Assembly (NCBI GenBank): GCA_963790305.1
Contig: CAWBOC010000007.1
Location: 1-64,000 of the forward strand
Direction: 5' to 3'
Origin: an uncultured Gemmatimonadaceae bacterium
GTDB lineage: Bacteria > Gemmatimonadota > Gemmatimonadetes > Gemmatimonadales > Gemmatimonadaceae
DNA length: 64,000 nucleotides
The stretch's first letter is position 1. Each line of letters opens with the position of its first letter. The notes under the pieces were generated by a model that was not told the origin of the DNA, searched no databases, and saw only the letters and a program-made list of their open reading frames with translations. Both the position numbers and the translations under genes were made by a program. This document shows, in pieces, positions 38,272 to 48,111 of the stretch.

Positions 38272-38364
38272 AGGTAGTCGAGGCTGTCGAGGTGATCGAG
38301 GTGGTTGAGGAAAGGCAACGACGTTCCGTCGATTGCCTCGACGACCTGGACCACCTCGACCGCC
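38272..38364. repeat. Degenerate tandem-inverted array of GAGGTNNTC 9-mers with an inner hairpin
   Basis: AGGTAGTC GAGGCTGTC GAGGTGATC GAGGTGGTT GAGG ... CCTCGACGA CCTGGACCA CCTCGACC. Confidence 0.75.
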
Positions 38365-38496
38365 CAAGTGGGAACGAGAAACGGTCGGCTGCGTCATCGC
38401 AGCCGACCGTACTCGTTCCCACAGAAGCACCCTCCCCCCACTCCGCGCCGCCCCCCGACGGCGCGGTCCCCCACCCACATCTCGAACAGCCTTCGA

Positions 38497-38802
38497 TTAC
38501 GCGCTTTCCACCACGAAGAGGTGCAGCAGCTCAGTCAACGACAGAAGGGTGAGAACCTCTTCCGTCACGTTCACCAGCTTCACCGTCATCCCCAACTGCT
38601 TCGCGTGGGTCTGAATCGCCACCAGTGTTCCAAGTCCGGTCGCATCCATCTCCCGCGTCACAGCGAGATCGAGGGTGATTGTCTTCGCCTCGCGCGCCGT
38701 CGACTCTATCATGCTGACCGCAGCGTTGCGGAACTCTGCGCGCGTCTCGGCGACGAGACGGCTCGGCGCGGTCAGAAACTTTTCGTCGTTGATCGTGTTC
38801 AT
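38497..38802 (-). CDS. STAS-domain protein (anti-sigma antagonist-like)
   Basis: ITLDLA.TREMDATGLGTLV, VKLVNV...V..LLSLT.L..LF. Confidence 0.85.
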   Translation of the reverse strand: MNTINDEKFLTAPSRLVAETRAEFRNAAVSMIESTAREAKTITLDLAVTREMDATGLGTLVAIQTHAKQLGMTVKLVNVTEEVLTLLSLTELLHLFVVESA

Positions 38803-39019
38803 GTCCCTGGCCCTCGACACCTCGTCGATGAGCTGGAGCACGCAGCCGGCGATGAACACGCTCGGAAAATCGGGCGCTGGCCCGACCTCCTTCACCTTCG
38901 GCAACCGGACGATCTCATCCGCCCTAAAGGGCGCCCGAGACTCCTGGCTTTGCGGCCCCGCCTCACGACGGGTGTGCTATTATCGGGTGATTCAACGTTC
39001 TGTTGTCGTCTCCCTGTAA

Positions 39020-39035
39020 AGCGAAGGTGGTGCCA
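39020..39035 (-). promoter_or_regulatory. Candidate sigma54 -24/-12 promoter upstream of the STAS gene
   Basis: Minus strand TGGCACCACCTTCGCT vs consensus TGGCACG-N4-TTGCW, with correct GG/GC spacing. Confidence 0.35.
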
Positions 39036-39180
39036 CGAAATCTGACGCTGCGTAACATCATGTACCGCAGTACCTTAGCTATACTTTGCCCGGGCCGCTG
39101 CCGCCCAAACCCCGGTGCACTTTGCGGCGATTCGGGAAAATCGCCACATTGGGACCTCCTCACCCACCCCACGCAAATTC

Positions 39181-41142
39181 ATGTCAGATCTCGACGTCCT
39201 CCTCACCGAGGAGCGGCGGTTTCCACCCCCGGAAAGCTTCCGCCGCTCCGCCACGGTCTCCAGCGAGGAGCTCTACGACTACGCCTCCCGCGATCCCGAG
39301 AGCTTCTGGACGAAGATGGCCGAGGAGCTCGAGTGGTCGAAGCGGTGGGATCGCGTGCTGGAGTGGAAGCCGCCGCGGGCCAAGTGGTTCCTCGGGGGCA
39401 AGCTGAATGCGTCCGTCAACTGCGTGGACCGGCACATCCGCGGCCCGCGGCGCAACAAGGCCGCGCTCATTTGGGAGGGGGAGCCAGGCGATCGGCGCAC
39501 ACTCACCTACTGGGATCTGTATCGCGAGATCAACCGGTTCGCGAGCGTTCTCAGGAAGCTGGGCGTTCGCCGCGGTGATCGGGTCGCGATCTACCTGCCG
39601 ATGATTCCGGAGGTCGTCGTAGCGATGCTGGCGTGCGCCCGCATCGGCGCGATCCACTCGGTCGTCTTCGGCGGATTCTCCGCCGAGGCACTGCGCGACC
39701 GAATCAACGATTCCGAGTGCAAAGTGCTGGTCACTGCCGACGCCGGCTATCGGCGGGGCCAGATCGTCCCGTTGAAACGCAACGCCGACAAGGCGATCGA
39801 AGAGTGCCCATCGATCGAGCACGTGGTGGTCGTGATGCGCCGCCCAGGCGCAGCCGGTGACGAGGCATTCGCGCAGATCACCGAAGGACGAGACCACTGG
39901 TGGCATCGCCTCATGGCCGATGCGGACTCGTTCGTCGAGCCGGAGCAGATGGACGCGGAGGACATTCTCTACATCCTCTACACGTCAGGCACCACCGGAA
40001 AACCCAAAGGCATCGTGCACACCACGGGCGGCTATCTCATTGGGTGTGCGGCGACGACCAGGCTGGTGTTCGACCTCAAGGAAGCGGACGTCTTCTGGTG
40101 TACAGCCGACGTCGGCTGGGTCACCGGCCATTCGTACCTGGTGTACGGTCCGCTGGCGAACGGCGCGACCTGCGTCATGTTCGAGGGAGCGCCGGATTGG
40201 CCGGAGAAGAACCGTTTCTGGGAGATCTGCGAGCGGTTCGGTGTGACAGTCTTCTACACCGCGCCGACTGCCATACGCGCCTTCATGAAGTGGGGCGCCC
40301 ACCTTCCCAGGAAGCACGACCTCTCGATGCTTCGACTGCTCGGGTCGGTGGGTGAGCCGATCAATCCGGAGGCGTGGATCTGGTATCACGAGAACATCGG
40401 GCGCTCGCGGTGCCCGATCGTCGACACGTGGTGGCAGACGGAGACCGGCGCGATCATGATCACCCCCTTGCCCGGCGTCACGGCGACCAAGCCGGGAAGC
40501 GCAACGGTTCCCTTTCCCGGCATCGCCGCCGACCTCCTCGACTCGTCAGGCAAGTCGATTCGCGTGGGGGGCGGATTGCTCGCGATCACCAAACCGTGGC
40601 CGTCGATGCTGCGCACGATCTGGGGCGACGACGAGCGCTATGTGAACACGTACTTCACGAAGTGGGCGGGCCGCCCCGATCTCTACTTCCCCGGCGACGG
40701 CGCCAAGCGCGACGACGACGGCTACTTCTGGATCCTCGGCCGCGTCGACGACGTGCTCAACGTGGCGGGACACCGCATCGGCACGATGGAGGTGGAGTCG
40801 GCACTCGTCGACCACCGTGCAGTCGCGGAGGCAGCCGTCGTCGGAAAGACGCATGAGCTCAAGGGCCAGGCCATCGCCGCGTTCGTGACGCTGCGCGAGG
40901 GCCATACCGCGTCGTCGGAGCTTCGTGATGAGCTCCGCGAGCATGTCGTGCAGAAGATCGGCGCGCTCGCTCGCCCGGACGACATTCTCTTCTCCGCCGA
41001 TCTCCCGAAAACGCGCTCCGGCAAGATCATGCGACGGCTGCTGCGGGACATCGCCGAGGGGAGAACGTTAGGCGATACGACGACGTTGGCGGATCCGAAC
41101 GTCGTGGCGAAGTTGAAGGAGCAGTACGAGGAGAAGGAATAG
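39181..41142 (+). CDS. acs: Acetyl-CoA synthetase
   Basis: [47 protein letters not shown]. Confidence 0.97.
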   Translation: MSDLDVLLTEERRFPPPESFRRSATVSSEELYDYASRDPESFWTKMAEELEWSKRWDRVLEWKPPRAKWFLGGKLNASVNCVDRHIRGPRRNKAALIWEGEPGDRRTLTYWDLYREINRFASVLRKLGVRRGDRVAIYLPMIPEVVVAMLACARIGAIHSVVFGGFSAEALRDRINDSECKVLVTADAGYRRGQIVPLKRNADKAIEECPSIEHVVVVMRRPGAAGDEAFAQITEGRDHWWHRLMADADSFVEPEQMDAEDILYILYTSGTTGKPKGIVHTTGGYLIGCAATTRLVFDLKEADVFWCTADVGWVTGHSYLVYGPLANGATCVMFEGAPDWPEKNRFWEICERFGVTVFYTAPTAIRAFMKWGAHLPRKHDLSMLRLLGSVGEPINPEAWIWYHENIGRSRCPIVDTWWQTETGAIMITPLPGVTATKPGSATVPFPGIAADLLDSSGKSIRVGGGLLAITKPWPSMLRTIWGDDERYVNTYFTKWAGRPDLYFPGDGAKRDDDGYFWILGRVDDVLNVAGHRIGTMEVESALVDHRAVAEAAVVGKTHELKGQAIAAFVTLREGHTASSELRDELREHVVQKIGALARPDDILFSADLPKTRSGKIMRRLLRDIAEGRTLGDTTTLADPNVVAKLKEQYEEKE

Positions 41143-41283
41143 GAGTCAGGAGCCAGGGGTCAGGGATCAGGGATGGAAAGGGGCCGCGGCGCTTCGCGCC
41201 TGCGGCCCTCATCAGATAAGCGCGGCAGCTTCGCGGCCGCGCCTTTCCATCCCTGACTCCTGACTCCTGACTCCTGACCCCTA
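41140..41283. repeat. Tandem-inverted array of GGAGTCA 7-mers with two inner CTTCG hairpins, between convergent genes
   Basis: TAGGAGTCAGGAGCCAGGGGTCAGGGATCAGGGATGGAAAGG ... CCTTTCCATCCCTGACTCCTGACTCCTGACTCCTGACCCCTA. Confidence 0.92.
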
Positions 41284-41285
41284 CT

Positions 41286-41666
41286 TCAAGCTCGCCTCAC
41301 CGCCCGAAACCTCGCCTCACTCGCGTCATTGAGCCGAAGCGGCGGCCGGCCTGGTGTCTCGTCGGGGCGCGGGGCTTCCTGCGCGCGGCGACGGTATGGG
41401 ACGAGATCCTCACCTAACACCACCAGCGTGCGCGTCGCGACGACGCTCGCCATCGGCTCGGGTAGCCCCATCACACGGACGTAGCTGTCGATGGCGCGGT
41501 CGAACGACAGATCTTCGGCAAGCATGTCGACGAACATGAGCGCGTTGTCGACGTGAGCGCGAATGATCGCTTCCTCCGCGCGCGCCTGCGCGAGACGCAG
41601 CCGCTTTTCAGCGGATGGCGTCAGCTTGCGGGGAAAGAGCGTCTCAGGAAAAAGGCGGCCAAGCAT
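41286..41666 (-). CDS. Hypothetical protein
   Basis: Clean ORF MLGRLFPETLFPRKL...; GC-type codon usage; no recognisable motif. Confidence 0.65.
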   Translation of the reverse strand: MLGRLFPETLFPRKLTPSAEKRLRLAQARAEEAIIRAHVDNALMFVDMLAEDLSFDRAIDSYVRVMGLPEPMASVVATRTLVVLGEDLVPYRRRAQEAPRPDETPGRPPLRLNDASEARFRAVRRA

Positions 41667-41723
41667 GTATGGTTCGTCCCGGGTCGGTGGAATATTCGGG
41701 TTGTGCCCTGCATCACACAAGAG

Positions 41724-41739
41724 AGCACGGTCCGTACCA
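41724..41739 (-). promoter_or_regulatory. Candidate sigma54 -24/-12 promoter
   Basis: Minus strand TGGTACGGACCGTGCT, about 60 nt upstream of the ATG at 41666. Confidence 0.45.
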
Positions 41740-41850
41740 GCAACCGAGTCCATTCCTACAACGCTAAACCGGTGGTGGAAGGTTCAACTCCGCGTATGAC
41801 CGGTCATTATGAGGCAAGGACGCGACGCGGGAGGCGAGGGTCACTCGAAA

Positions 41851-41934
41851 GGCGCTAGAGGCGCTTGAGCGCTAGAGGCGCTGAACTGAGGCCTCCTCAG
41901 CGCCCTTAGCGCCTCTAGCGCCTTTAGCGCCTCT
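41851..41934. repeat. Tandem-inverted array of GGCGCTAGA 9-mers overlapping the VKOR 3' end
   Basis: GGCGCTAGA-type units, then TAGCGCC-type units; encodes the GAKGARGAKG tail of VKOR. Confidence 0.88.
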
Positions 41935-42339
41935 CAGATCAACCACACTCACCACGAGTATCACGACCAGAATTGCAGCAGACGTCACGCACCAGATGCA
42001 GATCGCGTGGATCACGAACAGCTCGAGGTACGTCAGCCACGCGGAAAACAGCACGCTCCACGCGGCGATCGCGACGAGCAGCAGGGAGATCGTCTGTGAC
42101 CCGGCGTAGCGGTCCGCGGTACCGGCCATCGAGAGCGCGAAGAGCGCGATGTACGCGCCAAGCCCCCATGCAGCGACGGGGAGGCCAAGGAACGTGGCCC
42201 ACTTGCTGGTGTTCACCGTCTCGCATGAGCCAAGCGTGCAGCTCAGGTCGCCGATGAGGCCGATCTTGTAGAGCGTGAGATACAGGGCGATCAGGATGCC
42301 GACCAGCGAGAGCACCGCGATCGTCATGCGCGCGGTCAC
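41872..42339 (-). CDS. Vitamin K epoxide reductase (VKOR) family protein
   Basis: SCTLGSCETVNTSKWA..LGLPVA..G, ICIWC; GTG overlaps the corrected DsbA stop. Confidence 0.88.
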   Translation of the reverse strand: MTARMTIAVLSLVGILIALYLTLYKIGLIGDLSCTLGSCETVNTSKWATFLGLPVAAWGLGAYIALFALSMAGTADRYAGSQTISLLLVAIAAWSVLFSAWLTYLELFVIHAICIWCVTSAAILVVILVVSVVDLRGAKGARGAKGAEEASVQRL

Positions 42340-43080
42340 CTCGGGCCCGCGCTCCCAGCCGTCGTATCCCGGCGCGCGAGGGCGGTGTCGACGAGCCGCT
42401 TGAGCGCGTCGTACGACAGAGCGCCCGGAATCATCTCGGTTGCCCACGATGAACGTCGGTGTCGAGCGCACCTGGCGCTGAATGCCTAACTGGCGGTTGG
42501 CGCCGATGCGGCCCAGATGCCGCTGCTCCTCGACACAGGTCGACCACGCGCCTTCATCGAGCCCGATCGCTCTCGCGTACTCGGCGAAGAGCCGGCTCCC
42601 GCGACGGTTGGCCGACGCATCGGACTCGCCTGGACGTGTCGCCCACGCATCCTGCCCCGCGAAGATGCGGTCGTGCATCTCCCAGAACTTGTTCTGGTCG
42701 GCGGCGCACGCCGCCGACAGCGATGCGAGGACCGAGTTCCGATGCTGATCGAGCGGGAAGTCGTAGAAGCGAAAGCTCACCTGCCCGGCATCGGCAAGAC
42801 GCTTCCGAACATCCGGCTCGGTGAGCGTCGCGAACTGCGCGCAGGCGGGGCATTCGAAGTCGGCAAACTCCGAGATGGTGACCGGCGCATCGGGCCTCCC
42901 GTAGACGTACGGCTGCGCCTGTCCGGCATTCCCGGGCGGGAGCTCGGCCACCAGCTGTGGTGACGGTCCGGAGCCTCGCGTCTGCATCGCGATCAGCACG
43001 GCGCCGATGACCGCGACTGCCGCCAATATGAGGAAAAAGGGCTTCTTCGAGTCGCGTCGCTGCGGTGGGGCCTTCACCAT
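42336..43080 (-). CDS. DsbA-family thioredoxin-fold protein; +1 frameshift near 42438
   Basis: N-terminal TM, EFADFECPAC, YDFPL, TPTF; removing one base gives EMIPGALSYDALKRLVD...* ending at 42336. Confidence 0.85.
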
Positions 43081-43373
43081 TTCGGGTCGTCTCCGTCGTC
43101 CGGTTTCCAATCAGTGGGCTCCCATGCGGGATCCGCCTGCTTCTTCGCCTCATCGACAATGCGCCGGTTTTCGGCGACTTCGGGAGTGTCGTACGTCGCA
43201 CGCACTTCGTAATGGAACAGCTCGCTGCGAACGTCTCCGATGAGGCGCGTCAGCTCACCGGCGTGCTCGAGGAGCTTCCCGTCGCCATCCAGCTCGAGGA
43301 TGCGTTTGGCGAGCGCGCGAAGCAGCGCCTCGAGGTTTCGGGCGCGACCGTCGTCGTAGGTCTGGTCCGACAT
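43074..43373 (-). CDS. Hypothetical protein
   Basis: Acidic helical ORF MSDQTYDDGRARNL... coupled to dsbA. Confidence 0.65.
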   Translation of the reverse strand: MSDQTYDDGRARNLEALLRALAKRILELDGDGKLLEHAGELTRLIGDVRSELFHYEVRATYDTPEVAENRRIVDEAKKQADPAWEPTDWKPDDGDDPKW

Positions 43374-43428
43374 GCGATGAAAGCTAGAGAGCGGACAAGA
43401 GAGGGTCGAGGGGTGTGACCTGCGATGC

Positions 43429-44361
43429 TTGACCCTCGGCCCTCTATTGACGAGCATCTCCGCGCGGAATTGCAGCGTCTCCACCAACCAGGGCATTTCC
43501 ATCGAAGCTGACATACTTCGGGTTCCCGCCGGACCCGGCGCGCTGCACGTCGAGCGCTATGGGCACGGCGGAGAGCAGATCGTGCTCATCCATGGCTTCG
43601 GCACCTCGAGCTTCCTGTGGCGCTCCGTCGCCCCAGTGCTCGCGACCGAAGGGCACACCGCCTACGCGGTCGATATGCTCGGGTACGGGGAATCCGATCG
43701 CCCCTTCGACGCCGACTACACCCTCGGCGCCCAGGCCGAGTGCCTCGATCGTGCCCTGTCGTCGCTGCGTCTTTCGCGGGTGTCGCTGGTGGGCATCGAC
43801 ATTGGCGCCGCTGTCGCCATGCAGCTGCTGGTCACGCGTCCCGCCCGCGTTGCGCGCCTCACGCTCGTCAATCCCGTCGCGCTCGATGAGCTGCCTGGCG
43901 GTGATGTGCGCGCAATTCAGCGTGGGACGGCCAAGTTCGCGCTGCGCGTAGGACGCGGCATCCTCGGCGCCGCGGCTTTGCTCACGCCGGTGCTCGAAAA
44001 GTCAGTCGCCGACCCCAGATCAATGCCTCCGCGGCTCGTAGCGCGGTACCTGGCACCCTTTGTCGGCAGTGAAGGTGTCTCACATCTGCTGACGCTCGCC
44101 CGGTCGGTGCGGCGAGAGGACCTCGAGGGGCTCGATCCGGGTAAGATCCACGTGCCCACGCTGATCGTGTGGGCGGAAGAGGATCGGTGGGTGGATTCCG
44201 GGCTTGGCGAGCGTCTTCAGGCGATGATTGCAGGTAGTACACTCGTTCGTCTTCCCGGCGTGGGAAGGCTCGTCCCGGAAGAAGCGAGCGATTCGCTCTC
44301 GAGGCTGCTGCTGGAATTCATTGTGCAACATGCGGCTCCCACCACGGCGCCAACCGGATGA
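43429..44361 (+). CDS. Alpha/beta-hydrolase fold protein; start uncertain; catalytic His apparently replaced
   Basis: LIHGF, DMLGYGES, VGIDIG, PTLIVWAEED, GVGRLVPEE. Confidence 0.82.
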   Translation: MTLGPLLTSISARNCSVSTNQGISIEADILRVPAGPGALHVERYGHGGEQIVLIHGFGTSSFLWRSVAPVLATEGHTAYAVDMLGYGESDRPFDADYTLGAQAECLDRALSSLRLSRVSLVGIDIGAAVAMQLLVTRPARVARLTLVNPVALDELPGGDVRAIQRGTAKFALRVGRGILGAAALLTPVLEKSVADPRSMPPRLVARYLAPFVGSEGVSHLLTLARSVRREDLEGLDPGKIHVPTLIVWAEEDRWVDSGLGERLQAMIAGSTLVRLPGVGRLVPEEASDSLSRLLLEFIVQHAAPTTAPTG

Positions 44362-44451
44362 GGAAAGTCGACGAAACATGTGCAGTTTCGTGGTTGGTTC
44401 GCTGGTGTGGCACGGTTAGATTGGTGGATACTTTCAATCCTTTTCGAATAC

Positions 44452-44733
44452 ATGGCTAGAAACAGAAACCGGAAGCGTGACGTCGCGTCGCCCTCCCCGT
44501 TCGAGCAGGCGCGAGACGAGATGTTCCAGCAGATTATCCGCTGCGGGGTGTTGCAGGCCTCGCCGGAGCACCAGAAGGAGTGGTTCGATCAGACGATCGA
44601 TTATCTGGCGGACCGGTACCACGAGCTCGGCGAGACGGAAGTGGCTGAGCTGCGCACTCTAGGTGAGCGGTTCTGTCAGCCGCCGAAGGCCAAACAGGGC
44701 GTCGAGGCGGAGAGCGAGGCGGACGCTGCGTAA
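44452..44733 (+). CDS. Small hypothetical protein
   Basis: ORF MARNRNRK...SPFEQARDEMFQ..., followed by a terminator. Confidence 0.7.
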   Translation: MARNRNRKRDVASPSPFEQARDEMFQQIIRCGVLQASPEHQKEWFDQTIDYLADRYHELGETEVAELRTLGERFCQPPKAKQGVEAESEADAA

Positions 44734-44764
44734 GGGCTAGAGCTGCGAACTAAAGGCTGAGTTG

Positions 44765-44799
44765 AGGGCTCCGGGGTTACTCGGGGCCCTTTGTATGTT
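44765..44799 (+). terminator. Rho-independent terminator, nested in a GAGCTGCGAA/TTCGCAGCTC inverted repeat
   Basis: Stem AGGGCTCCGGG-GTTA-CTCGGGGCCCT followed by TTGTATGTT. Confidence 0.65.
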
Positions 44800-44819
44800 C
44801 AGAGCTTCGCAGCTCGCAG

Positions 44820-45263
44820 TTAGAGCTTCACACCGAGCCCGAGCCTGACGCCTCCCCCCAGGCCCGCCTCGAAGAATCCGTCTCCCTTGCGCGCCCCAAG
44901 CAACACCACCAGAACCGCGCGCCCTTTCGCGTCGCGCTCGACGAGCGCGCCGACCCCAGCGCTCGCGTATGCACCCCAGCTGCTGGCACTCATCGGAGCG
45001 GGGGCGAAGCGCGCGAGGAGATCGGCGCGCGCGGAGGCGCGGGGGTCATCGTCGTCCCGTACGGTGGCACCCGCGCCAGCGATGAGATGCACCTCGACGT
45101 TGCGCGACATTGGCCGCGTCACGCCGACGCCGATATGCGTCATCGTGGCGCGCCGGGCGAGAATGCCGTCCATCCGCAGCTCGAACGCGGAGGCCCGCGC
45201 TCGCCCCTGCGCGGCGGCGGCGGGGGCGAGGAGAAGCGCGATTGTGGCGATCGCGCGGCGCAC
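44820..45263 (-). CDS. Hypothetical secreted protein (small beta-barrel-like)
   Basis: Signal peptide MRRAIATIALLLAPAAAA; alternating hydrophobic strands. Confidence 0.6.
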   Translation of the reverse strand: MRRAIATIALLLAPAAAAQGRARASAFELRMDGILARRATMTHIGVGVTRPMSRNVEVHLIAGAGATVRDDDDPRASARADLLARFAPAPMSASSWGAYASAGVGALVERDAKGRAVLVVLLGARKGDGFFEAGLGGGVRLGLGVKL

Positions 45264-45851
45264 CTACTGGGTTCGCACCGTGATGGCGTTGAAGAACGCG
45301 GTGGTGCCGGTGAACGAATACGCGGGCTCGCCTGGGGGCGGATTGGTGACCCTGCGCAGCCACTGCCCCGAATTCAGATCGATGACGAGCGTCCGCGATC
45401 CGGCGCGCAGATCGAGGCTGATCGGTCGCTGCAGCGTCGGCGCGCTGCCCCCGAGCATGTCGCGCGAGGGAACGCGATCGCCCGGAATCGCGAGCTGTGC
45501 GCTCACGAGCCGCAGCAGCAGGCGATCGAAGCGCGCGGCAGGAACGTCATCCACGAACAGTGTCGATGTCGTTTGCGTCGAATCGATCGGGACGCTCATG
45601 TGGATCTGGCCGACGCCGGTGAAGCGGAAGATCGTGGCGCCTTCGCCGGTCGCCTCGAAAACGAGCGACACCGACGGCCGCGACGAGCCGCTCGTTACGT
45701 CGATGGCTCCCGAGGGATCATCGACGACGCGAAGGGTGAGCGCGGACTGATTCGATCCGGACGTACCGGTGGTGTTGAACCCGGGGCGGCTTCGATCGGT
45801 GCCGCAGCTCACCACCGCGACAACGACGAATGCAACGACGATCGTGCGCAT
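45264..45851 (-). CDS. Hypothetical lipoprotein
   Basis: MRTIVVAFVVVAVVSC lipobox; GAGGGAG RBS. Confidence 0.65.
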   Translation of the reverse strand: MRTIVVAFVVVAVVSCGTDRSRPGFNTTGTSGSNQSALTLRVVDDPSGAIDVTSGSSRPSVSLVFEATGEGATIFRFTGVGQIHMSVPIDSTQTTSTLFVDDVPAARFDRLLLRLVSAQLAIPGDRVPSRDMLGGSAPTLQRPISLDLRAGSRTLVIDLNSGQWLRRVTNPPPGEPAYSFTGTTAFFNAITVRTQ

Positions 45852-45861
45852 AGCTCCCTCC

Positions 45862-46386
45862 TCATCGCTGGCGTGTGCGGTGCAACACCAGCGTGTAGTC
45901 GATGATCGAGGCCACGGACGCTGCACCGATGAGAGGTACCATCCAGCGCATCGCTTGTGGCGCCACCGTGAGCGCGAGGATCGCCGCGAGCTGCAGGACC
46001 GTCACGATCTTGCCCGACATGCGCGCCTTGAAATCGCGCGGATCGAGCCCTGGCAGCCGCCACGCCACGAGAAATCCGATCGCGGTCGCGAAATCGCGGG
46101 CGAGGATCATGAAGTACGCGCCCGTGGAGAGGGCTTCTGTTCGCACGAACGCGGTGAGTGCCGCGAGCACGAACGTCTTGTCGGCGATCGGGTCCAGCAG
46201 CGCGCCGCTTCGTGTCATTCGACGGGAGCGGCGTGCGAGCCATCCATCGATGAAGTCACTCGCAGATGCCATGCCGAGGATTACCAGGCGCTCGGCGGTC
46301 GTATCCGCCACCAGGAAGAGCACCGCCAGCGGCAGGCGTGCGAGCGTAATGACGTTCGGGAGGGTGAGGAGCGCGGGGAGACGCAC
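45862..46386 (-). CDS. CDP-alcohol phosphatidyltransferase (PgsA-like)
   Basis: LPNVITLAR, SDFIDGWLAR...T..GALLDPIADK. Confidence 0.92.
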   Translation of the reverse strand: MRLPALLTLPNVITLARLPLAVLFLVADTTAERLVILGMASASDFIDGWLARRSRRMTRSGALLDPIADKTFVLAALTAFVRTEALSTGAYFMILARDFATAIGFLVAWRLPGLDPRDFKARMSGKIVTVLQLAAILALTVAPQAMRWMVPLIGAASVASIIDYTLVLHRTRQR

Positions 46387-46510
46387 GGGGGCGAAGCTAA
46401 CCCGATGGTCGCACGGAGGGCAGATACTCGTCGGTTGCTTGCCCGAACCCGCCGCGCCCGTCTAGCTTGCCCACACGCCCCTTCCCCTGCCGCCCGTCGC
46501 ACACTCCCGC

Positions 46511-47746
46511 ATGAACTGGTTCCGCCTCACGAGCGCCTTCGCCTCGCTCGCCGCGCTCGCGTGCGGCGGTGGCGGTGGCGAGCCGGGGCCGGAGCCGATC
46601 GCGTCCTGCGCGACCGCGCCACTCACCCTTTCGCTGGCCCTCGCCGATGCGCGCGCCGACGCCGCGCCCGGCACGGTGACGGCGGCGATCACCGGCGAGT
46701 TTCCGCGCACCATCACTGGGCGCGCGAGCGCGTTCTCTCGTACACGCTTTCCCGCCTTCCTCGTCGTCGATGCGTTCATGGTCGACGGCGCGGGCCGTCC
46801 GAGTGGCGAGCTGTTCATCTTCGCCCCTGGGACGCCGACCGTCGCTACCCGAGCGCTCGTGCCCGTCACCCTCCAGCAGGTGCGTGATCCGGGCTTCATC
46901 CCGACGGGACCGCTCGCGGTGTGGGCGGAAGCGTTCGATCCGAGCGTCGGGGATTACACGCGCTGGCTGGTCGCAGACGCCGGCACGTTAGGCATCACCA
47001 GCCTTCGCGACGCAGAGGTGGGCCGCGTCGGGCTCACCATTTCGCTCAGCGGGACATGGCATAGTGCGACCGGGACGCGACTCGGCTGCGGCAGAATCAC
47101 CAACGCGACGATCGACGCCCCGATCGTCCGGGGGCTGAGCCCGACCAGTGCGCTCATCGACACGCTGGAGGCATCGACGACGGGAAGTCGCGTCGAAACC
47201 CTCGCCTCGCAGACCATCGACGGATTCCAGACGCTTCGCGCGAACGATACCCGACTCTTGTTGGTCGCCACCATTCCCGGAGATTCCACGCGCGAGCTGT
47301 GGCTGTCGCTGAACGGAGCGAGAATGACCGCGGACAGCGTACCGTTGAGCGAGCTTTCGCTCGCGGGGGCTCGTGCGGGTCGCGACACGGGATCGTTCGC
47401 GATGCTCCGCGTCATAACGGTATCCGGCACCACACCAACGGTGGCGCAGGTCTGGCGCTCGACGTCGGGATGGGTCAAGCTCACCAATCTCGTGCCGGGC
47501 GCGCCATTGGTTCTGTGTGGTTGGGGTACGGCACGTTTTTCGTTTACGGCGATAGGACACACCAACGCGACTGGCGCCGCGCTCGGAACGCTCCAGGCGA
47601 GCGGAGCCCTCGAGGCACGGTACACCGTGCTCTCACCCGCAGACTCGCTGGTCGATCTCGCGGCTTCGGGAGCGGGTCACATTCGGGCTCAATGCGCCGG
47701 AGTCGGCGCGCAACAGGAGATGTTTTCTGTGAGTGTGGACGGATGA
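46511..47746 (+). CDS. Hypothetical lipoprotein
   Basis: AALAC lipobox, Gly linker, Thr/Gly beta-rich body. Confidence 0.65.
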   Translation: MNWFRLTSAFASLAALACGGGGGEPGPEPIASCATAPLTLSLALADARADAAPGTVTAAITGEFPRTITGRASAFSRTRFPAFLVVDAFMVDGAGRPSGELFIFAPGTPTVATRALVPVTLQQVRDPGFIPTGPLAVWAEAFDPSVGDYTRWLVADAGTLGITSLRDAEVGRVGLTISLSGTWHSATGTRLGCGRITNATIDAPIVRGLSPTSALIDTLEASTTGSRVETLASQTIDGFQTLRANDTRLLLVATIPGDSTRELWLSLNGARMTADSVPLSELSLAGARAGRDTGSFAMLRVITVSGTTPTVAQVWRSTSGWVKLTNLVPGAPLVLCGWGTARFSFTAIGHTNATGAALGTLQASGALEARYTVLSPADSLVDLAASGAGHIRAQCAGVGAQQEMFSVSVDG

Positions 47747-48111
47747 GCGCAGAGCCGGCATTTCGCCACGTGGCGGCTGATTTCGTCGGGGTGCCGTACT
47801 CGCAGCTGACGGACGCATCCCTTCTGAGCGGACTGCTGATCGCGTCGGCGGGCGCTGCCGGGTTCACGGCTATCGGGGCTCCCGTCGTTCACATCCTGCC
47901 AAACGATGGAATCGCGGCGGTGCTGTTGCTCGACGGCTGCCACGTCACCGTGCACACCTTTCCCGAGCGTGAGCTGCTGCTGCTCGACATTCTCGCGCTG
48001 TCGACCCACGAGCCCCGCAAGGCGCTCGACGTGTTTGCACGCCGCGTCAGTGCGCGGGCAGTGCACAGCGAGGTGCGCGACCGCGGCGGAGCGCCGGCGC
48101 CGAAGCGATGA
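47743..48111 (+). CDS. S-adenosylmethionine decarboxylase (SpeD class 1B)-like protein with a non-canonical cleavage site
   Basis: H..ADF.GV...L.D, GIAAVLLLDGCHVTVHTFPE (cf. LLAESHISIHTWPE); ATGA coupled on both sides. Confidence 0.7.
   Translation: MSAEPAFRHVAADFVGVPYSQLTDASLLSGLLIASAGAAGFTAIGAPVVHILPNDGIAAVLLLDGCHVTVHTFPERELLLLDILALSTHEPRKALDVFARRVSARAVHSEVRDRGGAPAPKR

Noticed and set aside
41872..43110. Apparent DsbA-VKOR fusion (412 aa ORF)
   Set aside because: The linker is out-of-frame sequence. Removing one base near 42438 gives a normal DsbA C-terminus whose TGA overlaps the VKOR GTG, so these are two coupled genes.
44407..44425. TGGCACG upstream of the 44452 ORF as a sigma54 promoter
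   Set aside because: The -24 half matches but there is no GC at the -12 position.
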